Assembly: GCA_963807605.1 (NCBI GenBank)
Contig: CAWECG010000003.1
Coordinates: 64,001 to 128,000 of the forward strand
DNA from: Candidatus Bathyarchaeota archaeon
GTDB taxonomy: Archaea; Thermoproteota; Bathyarchaeia; 40CM-2-53-6; RBG-13-38-9
DNA length: 64,000 nt
Reading direction: 5' to 3'
Shown: positions 50,110 to 59,791 of the stretch, piece after piece
How the letters are laid out: each line of letters begins with the position of its first letter
How positions within the stretch are numbered: the first letter of the stretch is position 1
Position numbers and translations under genes: made by a program
The notes under the pieces: generated by a model
What the model saw: only the letters and a program-made list of their open reading frames with translations
What the model was told of the DNA's origin: nothing
Database searches by the model: none

Positions 50110-51594
50110 TCAAGGTGAATATCTGAAGGGATGCTTCGCCATCTCACTATCCCTAAGAAGTTCCTCTACTGTTGGTCTACCTTCGACGGCCTTTCTAGTC
50201 GCGTGTCTCATAGCTTTGTAGTTGTTTATGTAGACCCGTTTTCTATCCACTGCAGAGGGATGAACAAAAACATTCGTTATTACGATCAGTTCGTCGACGA
50301 CAGCCTCAGGTAGCGTGCCGTCGCCCACACAGTCCATAACTGCCTTTGCAACAGCTGCTTGAGCAGGACCGTAGACCATGCTCGCCTGCCGCATATTCTT
50401 AATTGTCACTGTCGGAATGATCAGGGTTGTCGGCTTGACAGCGAGATTTGGTTCAAGGATGGCGATCAGTGGTTCGTGACCTGCAGAGGGCGTTGCCCTA
50501 GCCTTTGCGAAGGCTTCCGCCAAGGGACCGTCCCTACTTCCCAACATCACTTCTATGTGAGCAACCTCGGGGCCCGACCCCGCAAGTGACTCTCCGGTCT
50601 TGAGTCTAAAGTTCTTGACGAATTCATCTGTGACACCTATTTTGGCAAATCCCTCAGCTACAAGTTTGGGAGACTCAACTTCTGCTGCGGTAGATTTCAC
50701 TTTTAGTTTCCCAATCTTCTCCAAGTCGATCCTCAACTCTTCCATATCCTCGTAAGTCAACTCTCCTCCAACAGATAGCGGCAGCCTAACGGGCCCCACT
50801 TTGACTCCTAACATGTTGAGCGCAGCCTTAGACCCAACTGGACCGCTTCGAGCTGTGATTCTGGCAATCTTCTGGATCCCCAGTTGAGTCACCCGTCCTG
50901 AATTGAGGTCTCCCTTCTTCACTGCATCATAGACTTTGACCCAGACATCAGGTATGAAATTCGCACTCGCAAGGATCATACCTGATGCTCCGACTGCAAG
51001 TGCTGGAAGGACAACTTCGTCGTGCCCGCATAGCACCGAGAGCCTAGAGCCTGTCTTCTCGAAGACAGAGAGCATGTATCTTAGTTCTCCACTGCTATCC
51101 TTGAGTCCAATTATGTTAGGAATCTCAACAAGGTCTTCCACCATCTGCCAGCTTAGGTTCACACCAGTGGCTTGGGGGATATTGTATAAGATAATTGGAA
51201 GATCAACTGCCTCAGTCAGTGTTCTGTAATGTTCGTAGATCCCCCTATCCATGGGCTTGTGATAGTATGGCGTAACCACAAGGGCAGCATCAGCACCAAC
51301 ATCTTTAGCGTGTCGTGTCAACTCTATGGTTAGTTTGGTGCTGCTGTGTCCAGTCCCGGCTATGACAGGGATCCTCCCTTTAGCCTGGTCCACCACGATC
51401 TCAATGACCTTCTTTCTCTCATCCAATGAGAGGTTCTGAAATTCACCCGTTGTACCGCATGGTACCAAGGCTGAGACGCCCCGCTCAATAACGTAGTCGA
51501 CTAACCCTCTAAGCCGTCTTTCGTCTACCTGGTTTCCATCATCAGTAAAGGGGGTTACAAGAGCCGGCATTACACCCTGAGGTCTGAACACCAT
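50110..51594 (-). CDS. DapA/NAL-family class I aldolase fused to a formaldehyde-activating enzyme (Fae) domain
   Basis: N-term PALVTPF, CGTTGE, VTPYY, LYNIP, GLKDSSG; C-term GESLAGSGPEVAHI, LEPNLAVKP, YGPAQAAVAKAV, VFVHP, NNYKA, AKHPF. Confidence 0.92.
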   Translation of the reverse strand: MVFRPQGVMPALVTPFTDDGNQVDERRLRGLVDYVIERGVSALVPCGTTGEFQNLSLDERKKVIEIVVDQAKGRIPVIAGTGHSSTKLTIELTRHAKDVGADAALVVTPYYHKPMDRGIYEHYRTLTEAVDLPIILYNIPQATGVNLSWQMVEDLVEIPNIIGLKDSSGELRYMLSVFEKTGSRLSVLCGHDEVVLPALAVGASGMILASANFIPDVWVKVYDAVKKGDLNSGRVTQLGIQKIARITARSGPVGSKAALNMLGVKVGPVRLPLSVGGELTYEDMEELRIDLEKIGKLKVKSTAAEVESPKLVAEGFAKIGVTDEFVKNFRLKTGESLAGSGPEVAHIEVMLGSRDGPLAEAFAKARATPSAGHEPLIAILEPNLAVKPTTLIIPTVTIKNMRQASMVYGPAQAAVAKAVMDCVGDGTLPEAVVDELIVITNVFVHPSAVDRKRVYINNYKAMRHATRKAVEGRPTVEELLRDSEMAKHPFRYSP

Positions 51595-51772
51595 AGACCG
51601 ATCACTTAGACAGCATTAGCCCTGTCAAATAATGGGAGACTTAATAAAACTAGCTTAGGCTAAGCAGAGATGAAAAGCCGGATTCTTGGAATTTGGAAAG
51701 TCGGTGAAGCCGGCTATGTAAGCTTATCCCAAGTATTTGATTTATGATGGTTTCAAGCGGGTTCTGCAGCTA

Positions 51773-52072
51773 CTACGCTTGCTTGGGTGCTGGTTGTCCT
51801 TCGCGCTTTAGAACGATCTCAATAGACGACACTGATCTGTTGCCACCTTCCTCCAACTTGACCTCCTCAGTGCTAATGGACACACCATCGATCTTCAAGT
51901 TGGTCAGAAACCTTCTCCTCGTAATCTCGGCGACGTCAACTGCTGTAGTGATGGCTCGACCTCTGGCTTTAAGGACAACTTCATTATTCCCGACGCTTAA
52001 ACGACTCACAACGGATAGGACGTAGGTCATTAAGGGTTTCCTCCCGATGTAGATAGTGTTTGAATCCAACAA
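51773..52072 (-). CDS. albA: DNA/RNA-binding protein Alba
   Basis: IYIGRKPLMTYV, KARGRAITTAVDVAE, VSSIEIVL. Confidence 0.97.
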   Translation of the reverse strand: MLDSNTIYIGRKPLMTYVLSVVSRLSVGNNEVVLKARGRAITTAVDVAEITRRRFLTNLKIDGVSISTEEVKLEEGGNRSVSSIEIVLKREGQPAPKQA

Positions 52073-52354
52073 ATCTCACCCGCTTTCTAGACGTAGTCTA
52101 CCTAACAAGGATTTAAGGTTGATATTAGCATTCGGATCTCACGGCGTCTTCTTAAAGACGTTGGTTTTAGTGGCAATTTCTAGAATACCTGAAAGCTTGT
52201 AGGAAACGAAGAAATAACCATCGCATGAAAAATAGAACCGGTAAACGTGATTAGAACTCAGCATTTGCGAATAGCTATTCTAACGCGACCGTTAACTAGC
52301 TACGTTGCACGACCAAAAACATATTAGCTGCACCCTATTTTTTTCCCTTCAGAC

Positions 52355-53341
52355 ATGACCAATTCAAGAATGCGCAAGAAGAAGCGCCAAATTGGGAAAC
52401 GATCCCTTGAAATCGCATTCTTGGCTTTGATGATCGGCCTTGTCGTCTTTGCAGTCCACGACTGGTTCATTCAACAGGGATCGGAGGAGACCAATTCTTC
52501 AAGAAAAGCTGCCTTGATCGATCAGCTCTCAATCACTTATCCAAACCCTAGTTTTACTCACGAGTTCACCAAGATCTTAAAGGATTCTGGATTCACCTCT
52601 GACGTCTACAGCGGCTCTCAGGTGAATATCGACCTCTACAGAAGACTACCATCTCTAGGGTACAAGCTCATAGTATTCAGAGTTCATCAATCTACCCCCG
52701 TTGAGTATCTGCTCCCGAATAACAGACCGGTAACTGGATCTCCAGTATACCTCTTTACAGGCGAACCTTATGACCAGCGCGAGTATCTGGTAGAGCAGCT
52801 CTCAGATCTTATCGTTCCTGCAAGAGAGTTCAATGGATCCACGATCTACTTTGCGATAGGTCCACAATTTGTTCAGTCCATGTCTGGCAAATTCCCAAGT
52901 ACAGTGATAATTCTCGCAGGCTGCTCAGGTCTTTACAGCGCGGATCTTGCCGATTCATTCATAGTGAAAGGTGCTTCGGTAGTAGTTGGATGGCAAAGGT
53001 TTGTACAGATGGACTATACTGACAAGGCGATCATTCGTTTTCTTAGGGCCTTGCTTCTTGAGCGGAGTACGATATTCAGAAGCATCATGACCATGACTAG
53101 CGATGTGGGCCTAGATCCCACCTATAAGACCAACTTACTCTGCTATCCGGAGGAGAGAATGGGGCTGACCTTCAGCGAAGCTATTGAATTAAATGAGAAA
53201 GTGATAGTAGTCCAGCAGATAGGTGTGCAATTCGCAATATTCGGCAAATATTGTCTGAAGCCTTTCCAGAAAGCAGATGAGGAGCGTCGGGCTTCGTTAA
53301 TACATCTTCTCCCTTTCGGTCGGTTGCGACACCCATTTTGA
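52355..53341 (+). CDS. Hypothetical membrane-anchored protein
   Basis: N-terminal TM, KAALIDQLSITYPN, LIVFRVH, IILAGCSG. Confidence 0.7.
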   Translation: MTNSRMRKKKRQIGKRSLEIAFLALMIGLVVFAVHDWFIQQGSEETNSSRKAALIDQLSITYPNPSFTHEFTKILKDSGFTSDVYSGSQVNIDLYRRLPSLGYKLIVFRVHQSTPVEYLLPNNRPVTGSPVYLFTGEPYDQREYLVEQLSDLIVPAREFNGSTIYFAIGPQFVQSMSGKFPSTVIILAGCSGLYSADLADSFIVKGASVVVGWQRFVQMDYTDKAIIRFLRALLLERSTIFRSIMTMTSDVGLDPTYKTNLLCYPEERMGLTFSEAIELNEKVIVVQQIGVQFAIFGKYCLKPFQKADEERRASLIHLLPFGRLRHPF

Positions 53342-53418
53342 TTCCTATTGGAATATTTCCTCCATCAAACTATTAATAACAGCAAAAGTAATTCAGCCGT
53401 CAAATCGAGCTGACATGC

Positions 53419-54918
53419 TTGAAAATTCACCGAACGATAGAACAGATCAATGAGAAAATACGGAAAGGCGAGGCAACGGTCGTTACAGCGGAGGAAATGA
53501 CTGAAATTGTCAGAAGCCGAGGAGTTGAAGTTGCTGCTAGAGATGTCGACGTGGTCACGACTGGGACCTTTGGTGCAATGTGCGGTTCAGGCGTTTTCCT
53601 GAATTTCGGTCACTCCGACCCTCCAATCAAGATGGAGAGTGTTACACTAAATGGCGTCGAGGCCTATCACGGAAACGCAGCTGTGGATGCATATCTCGGC
53701 GCGACGAAGATGCACCCGGAAAAAAGGTTTGATTACGGTGGAGGCCACGTAATAGAGGATCTCGTCTCTGGTAAAGAAGTAGAGCTAGTCGCTACTGGGT
53801 ACGGCACAGACTGTTATCCAAGGAAGTCTATCAGAACATCGGTAACCATAGATGATCTAAACCAGGCAATCCTCTGCAATCCAAGAAATGCCTATCAGAA
53901 GTACAACGCTGCCACAAATGGAAGGGACGAGTTGATATACACTTACATGGGAAAGCTCCTCCCAAATTATGGGAACGCCACATACTCCGGCTCCGGTGAA
54001 CTGAACCCTCTTACAAACGATCCTGATTACGAGAGCATAGGTGTGGGCACACGGATCTTTCTCGGCGGCGGAATAGGATACGTAACCGGTCCCGGAACCC
54101 AACATGAACCAGCAAACGGATTAGGCACCCTGATGGTTCAGGGCGACCTCAAAAGGATGAACTCAAAATTCCTCAGAGGCGGCAGCTTCACGAACTATGG
54201 TGCAACACTCTACGTCGGGCTTGGCATACCGATACCAATACTCAACGAGGGACTGGCCATGAAGACTGGCGTAAGTGACGAAGAGGTCAAGACGAATCTC
54301 TTGGACTATGGGATCCCACGCAGGAGCAGACCGATCATTAAAGTGACGGACTATGCGGAACTCAAATCAGGAAAGATAAGGCTGAAAGATAGAACAATCC
54401 CCGTCACCGCCCTCTCAAGTCTCAGGCTTGCGAGAGAAGTTGCGTCAACATTGAAACGTTGGATCAACGAAGGAAAGTTTCTACTCACATCTCCACAGGA
54501 AAGGCTACCACATGTAGGAACACTGAAACCAATGAAGATAAGCAGAGAAACATTATTCGCTCAGAACATAATGGTTCCTGCTGTAACATGCAAACCTGAA
54601 GAAGATATCGATACAGTAGCCAGGCGAATAGTTGAAGAGAACGTCAATCATGTGGTTGCTGTAGAACCAGCAGGAGCGCTCAGCGGCATCGTCACCTCAT
54701 TCGACATTACTAGAGCCGTCGCTCTGAAAAAGCGCAAACTCTCTGACGTGATGACCAAGCAGGTCGTGACAGCCTCACCAGACGAGCCTATTGAGTCATG
54801 TGTGCGGAAGATGAAGAAACACGATATCTCAGCCCTACCAGTTATCGATGCGGAGAGGAATATTCTCGGCATCGTGACCAGTGAACGAATCAGCAGATTG
54901 TTTGGGGAGTACCAGTAG
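53419..54918 (+). CDS. L-aspartate semialdehyde sulfurtransferase (homocysteine biosynthesis; DUF39 + CBS pair)
   Basis: RTIEQINEKI, VDVVTTGTFGAMC, GGGHVIEDL, GTDCYP, NPRNAYQ, C-terminal CBS domains. Confidence 0.93.
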   Translation: MKIHRTIEQINEKIRKGEATVVTAEEMTEIVRSRGVEVAARDVDVVTTGTFGAMCGSGVFLNFGHSDPPIKMESVTLNGVEAYHGNAAVDAYLGATKMHPEKRFDYGGGHVIEDLVSGKEVELVATGYGTDCYPRKSIRTSVTIDDLNQAILCNPRNAYQKYNAATNGRDELIYTYMGKLLPNYGNATYSGSGELNPLTNDPDYESIGVGTRIFLGGGIGYVTGPGTQHEPANGLGTLMVQGDLKRMNSKFLRGGSFTNYGATLYVGLGIPIPILNEGLAMKTGVSDEEVKTNLLDYGIPRRSRPIIKVTDYAELKSGKIRLKDRTIPVTALSSLRLAREVASTLKRWINEGKFLLTSPQERLPHVGTLKPMKISRETLFAQNIMVPAVTCKPEEDIDTVARRIVEENVNHVVAVEPAGALSGIVTSFDITRAVALKKRKLSDVMTKQVVTASPDEPIESCVRKMKKHDISALPVIDAERNILGIVTSERISRLFGEYQ

Positions 54919-54919
54919 T

Positions 54920-55303
54920 ATGAAGGCACGTTTAAGATTCAACAAGGAAAGGACCGCAGAGCCGATCATATCCTCGGTAATACTGAAGACCAAGGCTCCA
55001 ATAAACATCCTTCGAGCCGAAGTGGACGAGAGCGAAGGAGAAGTTCTTGTTGAGGTTCCAGATGAGAAGGCAGAGGGGACTATCGCAGCCTTCAAACAGA
55101 TGGGCGTCGATGTTCAAGTCGGACGATTCATAGAGATTTCGCGTGAGAGATGCATTGACTGTGGACATTGCATAACGATATGCCCGGTTGCAGCCATAGC
55201 AGCAGGAGAGGACCTCTCGGTCAACATCGATCCTCAGAAGTGCATAAATTGTGGGGCATGCATCGACTCCTGCCCAACAAGAGCTATCAAGATGCTCCAG
55301 TAG
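54920..55303 (+). CDS. NIL-domain ferredoxin (iron-sulfur subunit of aspartate semialdehyde sulfurtransferase)
   Basis: INILRAEV; CIDCGHCITICP and CINCGACIDSCP. Confidence 0.92.
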   Translation: MKARLRFNKERTAEPIISSVILKTKAPINILRAEVDESEGEVLVEVPDEKAEGTIAAFKQMGVDVQVGRFIEISRERCIDCGHCITICPVAAIAAGEDLSVNIDPQKCINCGACIDSCPTRAIKMLQ

Positions 55304-55314
55304 GAGGGTGGGAC

Positions 55315-56046
55315 ATGGCAGAGGCACTTACATATCGAAGAGTAATCGGAGAGTCTTCAATACTAGTCAAGACGGACTTTCATGAGACTGCTGAAGCTGC
55401 CTTCCAAACGATCACCAGGAATAGAGTGGAACTTGAGAGGTACGTAAGAGCCTTCCCTGAATTTCTCCTCGCGCTAGATCCCCTGAGAGTAAGCCAAGAC
55501 GCTCCTGAGATCGTCGTGAGGATGTCTCAAGCCGCTGAAAAGGCAAATGTAGGCCCGATGGCTGCTGTTGCCGGAGCCTTGGCGGATCTCGCAACCGAGG
55601 AGATGACTAGACAGGGGGCAAAGATTGCAGTCGTCGAGAACGGTGGAGAGATCTCGATCCGAAGTGAAGTCAAGGTGGATGTGGCAATATATTCAGGGAA
55701 ATCTCCTATCTCCGGAAGACTTGGCTTCCGAATCCTTCCACATGAGATTCCTCTTGGCCTTGCCACAAGCTCCGGCACTGTAGGCCATGCTCTGAGCTTC
55801 GGTTTTGCCGATTCAGCCACAGTCATAGCTGATGATGCAGCTCTGGCGGATGCAGCGGCGACGGCGGTCTGTAATGCTGTTGAAGACGAAGATTTGGAGA
55901 TTTCGATCCAGAAGGGTTTGAAGGTTGCCAGTACAATTCAAGGAGTTAGAGGAGCTCTAATAGTTAGAGACGACCATGTGGGCATGGTCGGGCGTCTTCC
56001 AGAACTAATCGGCATAGACCTTTGTTCTCAGTCTCAATCGCGTTAG
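55315..56046 (+). CDS. UPF0280 / ApbE-like protein
   Basis: VGPMAAVAGA, VENGGEI, TSSGTVGHALSFG, ADAAATAVCN. Confidence 0.92.
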   Translation: MAEALTYRRVIGESSILVKTDFHETAEAAFQTITRNRVELERYVRAFPEFLLALDPLRVSQDAPEIVVRMSQAAEKANVGPMAAVAGALADLATEEMTRQGAKIAVVENGGEISIRSEVKVDVAIYSGKSPISGRLGFRILPHEIPLGLATSSGTVGHALSFGFADSATVIADDAALADAAATAVCNAVEDEDLEISIQKGLKVASTIQGVRGALIVRDDHVGMVGRLPELIGIDLCSQSQSR

Positions 56047-56810
56047 TGACCAGAGGGAGTGTGGTTGCAAACTCTCCTAAATTCGAGTTTGTAGAACTCT
56101 ACATCTGATCCTTCACAAGTCGTCACAAGTTGACCTTCATAATCAAGACAAACGACCAGTTTCCGTATCTTCTCTAAGGAAGTGCCAGTGGACTTTGCAT
56201 AGCCCGCCGCGAGCCTGCAGACCTGTGCAACTGAGGAGTCTCGTGCCCTAGTCTCAAGCTCAACAACCACCGGGTTGCCTTTTCCGTCTCTTAAGAGTGC
56301 ATCAATAACTCCCGCGTCGGTCTCAAAGTTCCTGCCCAAGGGAACCATTCCTTTTTCCAAAGATTCAGGGTAGTCGAAGAGTATCTTGATCAATGGATCC
56401 TCTAGAATACCTCTTGCCTCACGATACTCATCCGGGCCAACTCTTAAGATTCTGGAGAGTGCATCAACAGGACTACTATAGCTCGTGCCAAGCAAGTGCG
56501 GATAGACATCCAGGGGGGTTCCATTCTTCTTAAGCAGAACAACTGGCGTATTCTTTAGATTGAGTCGTTTAGTTCCGGAAAAGGGTAGTATGTGATTTCC
56601 TGAGCTGACTATTCTGCCTCTTACCTGCGGCGGTATCGACCTGATTGATGACTGGAGCCGTTCGATCTCGGTTGAAGTCAGCCGTCCAGTCTCGAAGATC
56701 GCGTAATCGGCATTCCACTTAAGTTTCAACTCCTCGAGTACAGTGGTTAGTTGTTTGAGTTTGGACACGTAGGAACCTTCGGGATCAAAATAAAGGTCGA
56801 ACTGATACAA
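56043..56810 (-). CDS. Protein with a C-terminal NucS-like PD-(D/E)xK domain
   Basis: YPESLEKG, TDAGVIDALLRDGKGNPVVVELE, VAQVCR. Confidence 0.6.
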   Translation of the reverse strand: MYQFDLYFDPEGSYVSKLKQLTTVLEELKLKWNADYAIFETGRLTSTEIERLQSSIRSIPPQVRGRIVSSGNHILPFSGTKRLNLKNTPVVLLKKNGTPLDVYPHLLGTSYSSPVDALSRILRVGPDEYREARGILEDPLIKILFDYPESLEKGMVPLGRNFETDAGVIDALLRDGKGNPVVVELETRARDSSVAQVCRLAAGYAKSTGTSLEKIRKLVVCLDYEGQLVTTCEGSDVEFYKLEFRRVCNHTPSGH

Positions 56811-56833
56811 GCCGCCACGACACCGAATGAAGC

Positions 56834-57337
56834 TCAGTATATCGAGACCTTGGCTATCCCGGGAACCTTAAGCAGTTTTGGGATCAGTTCGCCGGGCAAT
56901 TCCTTCTCAGCTATCAGCGTTAGCTTAGGCTCAGGGGAGAGTTCTGGGTCATCCACTATAGCTTGCCTGATGCTTATGTTGTGCTCAGAGATTAACGTTG
57001 AAGCCTTTGCTAAGATTCCTACGGAGTGCGGGTCTTGGGGGGTTATCTCCAAGACGCCGAATTCGAGATGTTTTGCAATCTCCCTGAGCGATAGACCGGC
57101 AGATCTCATATGCGTGAATATCTCCTTCAACTGAGGGTTGGAGGAGATCGTCTGGATTGTCTTGGTGACGGTTCTCCTATCCACCCCTGCTGCTTGGGCA
57201 ACCCTTTTTGTCGGGATCTCTATTTGGTTGCAGTAAATCTTCCCATCCCTTATTGAGAGCCCAGTCTCGATGAGGAGTCGGGCTACTGCAAGTCTTTCTG
57301 GGTGTCCTTCCAAATGTTTGGCAATATTGCTCCACAT
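56834..57337 (-). CDS. ACT-domain regulator of amino acid metabolism (COG2150-like)
   Basis: MWSNI, AGVDRRTV, GILAKASTLISEHNISIRQAIVDDPEL. Confidence 0.88.
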   Translation of the reverse strand: MWSNIAKHLEGHPERLAVARLLIETGLSIRDGKIYCNQIEIPTKRVAQAAGVDRRTVTKTIQTISSNPQLKEIFTHMRSAGLSLREIAKHLEFGVLEITPQDPHSVGILAKASTLISEHNISIRQAIVDDPELSPEPKLTLIAEKELPGELIPKLLKVPGIAKVSIY

Positions 57338-57426
57338 GGTAGTCCACATAATATTTTGAGTATTAATGTGTACACGAAAGATTAAAATATTTCCTAGAGG
57401 TCCAAGAAAGGACAAAAACGTAAAGA

Positions 57427-58806
57427 GTGATACAAATGTCAAAAAAGACAGTCAAAGTCAACCTGACCACTGATGAGATGCCTAAGAGATGGTACAACAT
57501 ACTACCACACCTTCCTCCAGGCTACCCGCCCCCTCTGGACCCGAAGACTCTCAAGCCTCTATCGCCAGAACCGCTGTTGAGGCTTTTCGCTAAGGAATGC
57601 ATCATGCAGGCTGTCTCAACTCAGCCTGAGATAGACATTCCAGAAGAAGTCCTTGAGACATACATGACAATGGGGAGGCCAACCCCTCTGCAGCGTGCAG
57701 CAAGACTAGAGAAACACCTTGGAACACCTGCCAAGATCTATTTCAAGAGAGAAGACGTCAATCCTGTTGGAAGCCACAAACCGAATACTGCCATACCCCA
57801 GGCCTACTACAGCATGAAAGACGGCGCTGAAAGGCTCACAACTGAAACGGGAGCTGGACAGTGGGGTTCAGCACTCGCCTTAGCATGTGCTCTTTTCGAT
57901 TTGGACTTAACTGTGTATATGACAAGGAGCAGCTATCTGAGCAAGCCGGGCCGAAAAACAATGATAGAGGCCTACGGAGCAAATGTGTTCCCTTCTCCGA
58001 GTGACAACACTGAAGTGGGGAGGGAAATGCTCAAGCAGGATCCAAATCATCCTGGAAGCCTCGGGATAGCTATCAGCGAAGCGGTTGAAGACTGCTTAAA
58101 AGATGACAAGACAAAATACTCTCTCGGAAGCGTTCTGGACTTTGTCTTATTACACCAAAGCATAATCGGACTTGAAGCCAAGAAGCAGATGGAACTTTTT
58201 GACGCCTACCCGGATATCGTGATTGGCTGCATCGGCGGCGGAAGCAACTTTGGAGGCATCAGCTACCCGTTCCTTCATGACAAACTAAAGGGCAAAAGAG
58301 ACACGAGATTCATCGGAGTCGAACCTTCAGCAGTACCCTCCACAACCAAAGGCGTCTATCAATACGACTATGGCGACACATCAGAGCTTACATTTCTGGC
58401 CAAGATGTATACTGTAGGACACACTTTCCAATGTCCACCCATCCATGCCGGAGGCCTAAGATACCACGGAAAAGCACCAAGCCTGTCCTTCCTGATAAAC
58501 AAGGGTTTGATTGAGAGCCGCGCTTACGGTCAAAGACAAGCAATGGAGGCAGCAGACCTATTCGCCAACACTGAAGGCTTCATAGCTGCACCAGAGACTG
58601 CACATGCAATCAAAGCGACCATAGACCTTGCTCTTGAGTGCAAGAAGACAGGCGAAGAGAAGGCGATACTCTTCAACTATAGCGGCCACGGACTTCTCGA
58701 CCTCAGTGTCTACGACGAATACCATGCGAGCACCCTGAAAGATTTTGCGGCCACCAAGGAGATGTTGGAGGCTGGGCTTAGGTCACTACCTAAGATCCCT
58801 GCCTGA
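57427..58806 (+). CDS. trpB2: TrpB-like pyridoxal phosphate enzyme (TrpB2)
   Basis: PKRWYNI, RPTPLQRA, GSHKPNTA, TETGAGQWG, GCIGGGSN, IHAGGLRYHG, SGHGLLDL. Confidence 0.95.
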   Translation: MIQMSKKTVKVNLTTDEMPKRWYNILPHLPPGYPPPLDPKTLKPLSPEPLLRLFAKECIMQAVSTQPEIDIPEEVLETYMTMGRPTPLQRAARLEKHLGTPAKIYFKREDVNPVGSHKPNTAIPQAYYSMKDGAERLTTETGAGQWGSALALACALFDLDLTVYMTRSSYLSKPGRKTMIEAYGANVFPSPSDNTEVGREMLKQDPNHPGSLGIAISEAVEDCLKDDKTKYSLGSVLDFVLLHQSIIGLEAKKQMELFDAYPDIVIGCIGGGSNFGGISYPFLHDKLKGKRDTRFIGVEPSAVPSTTKGVYQYDYGDTSELTFLAKMYTVGHTFQCPPIHAGGLRYHGKAPSLSFLINKGLIESRAYGQRQAMEAADLFANTEGFIAAPETAHAIKATIDLALECKKTGEEKAILFNYSGHGLLDLSVYDEYHASTLKDFAATKEMLEAGLRSLPKIPA

Positions 58807-58900
58807 TCCTCCTTTTTTCTACAGGTATCTAGAGTTTTCACAACAATTTCTTTACCAACGAGACTTATAGTCCAACCTCCTTTCGTCTGCATGAGAGCAC

Positions 58901-59551
58901 TTGCTCAAAGACATCCTGCGGGAATGGGATAGAGAAGATCAGAAACCTCTCCTAACCCGCTTGAAAGGAAAAGTTCTAAGATCTCGCCCACTCAGGGAGC
59001 GGATAATATTCTGCATTTACCGCCTCATAATTCAAAAAGACAGATTGGAGATAGTTATCCTAAAACTCAAGCGGCGTGACGGAGAGATCTTTGGCAAGTG
59101 TGTAGAAGCCAAAATGAGAAAAGACGAGGCCAGAGCTTCAATCTACGCCGAAGAACGCCATGAAGTCAGAAAGTTATTCAAGATAGTCTACCACTGCAAA
59201 CTTCGAATTGAGCAAGCAATACTCAGACTTGAGACGATAGAGATATTCTCCGGCCTAGCTGCCTCTGTCATCATCCCCATGAGCATCATTAAAGAAATAA
59301 GGAGCAAGCTGGCAGGGATTCTACCATCAGTGTCTTCCCAAATTGGTCAAATCGCATCCGAACTTGAAAATATCGTCGTGGTCGCAGGGGGAGCAGAACC
59401 AAGTAATATCGAAGTCTCAAGTCTTACTGATGAGGCCAGCCTAATACTTAAACAGGCACAGGCAGTTGTTGAGGAAAAGACTAAGGAAGTCTTCCCCGAT
59501 CTCCTAGACGAACAAGTCCCAGAGCTAGACCGTGAACTAGAGCCGGCTTGA
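58901..59551 (+). CDS. ESCRT-III / CdvB-like Snf7 family protein
   Basis: PLRERI...LKRRDGEIFGKCVEA...RASIYAEE...LRIEQAILRLET...EASLILKQA...FPDL. Confidence 0.8.
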   Translation: MLKDILREWDREDQKPLLTRLKGKVLRSRPLRERIIFCIYRLIIQKDRLEIVILKLKRRDGEIFGKCVEAKMRKDEARASIYAEERHEVRKLFKIVYHCKLRIEQAILRLETIEIFSGLAASVIIPMSIIKEIRSKLAGILPSVSSQIGQIASELENIVVVAGGAEPSNIEVSSLTDEASLILKQAQAVVEEKTKEVFPDLLDEQVPELDRELEPA

Positions 59552-59791
59552 ATGCAGAAGAAGCACACGATCTCTTAGAGCCGTCGGTAAAAAGTGACTG
59601 CTGGCTGGTTTTGCAGTTTTGAAGCGCTATTTTTTTGCGTGAATGTGAATAGCGCTCGCGCAAACCTAGAATAACGCCGACTCAGAACGTTGCTCATCCC
59701 AACTTGGCTTGAACGCATTGAATCTTCACAAGAAATCACAGTCGCTCTTAACTCAATCTTTAAGAATTAGAAGCTTCTTCTTCAAGGAGTC

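Noticed and set aside
53419-56046. DUF39-CBS, NIL-ferredoxin and ApbE-like trio as a new system
   Set aside because: Matches the known archaeal homocysteine biosynthesis / sulfide assimilation module
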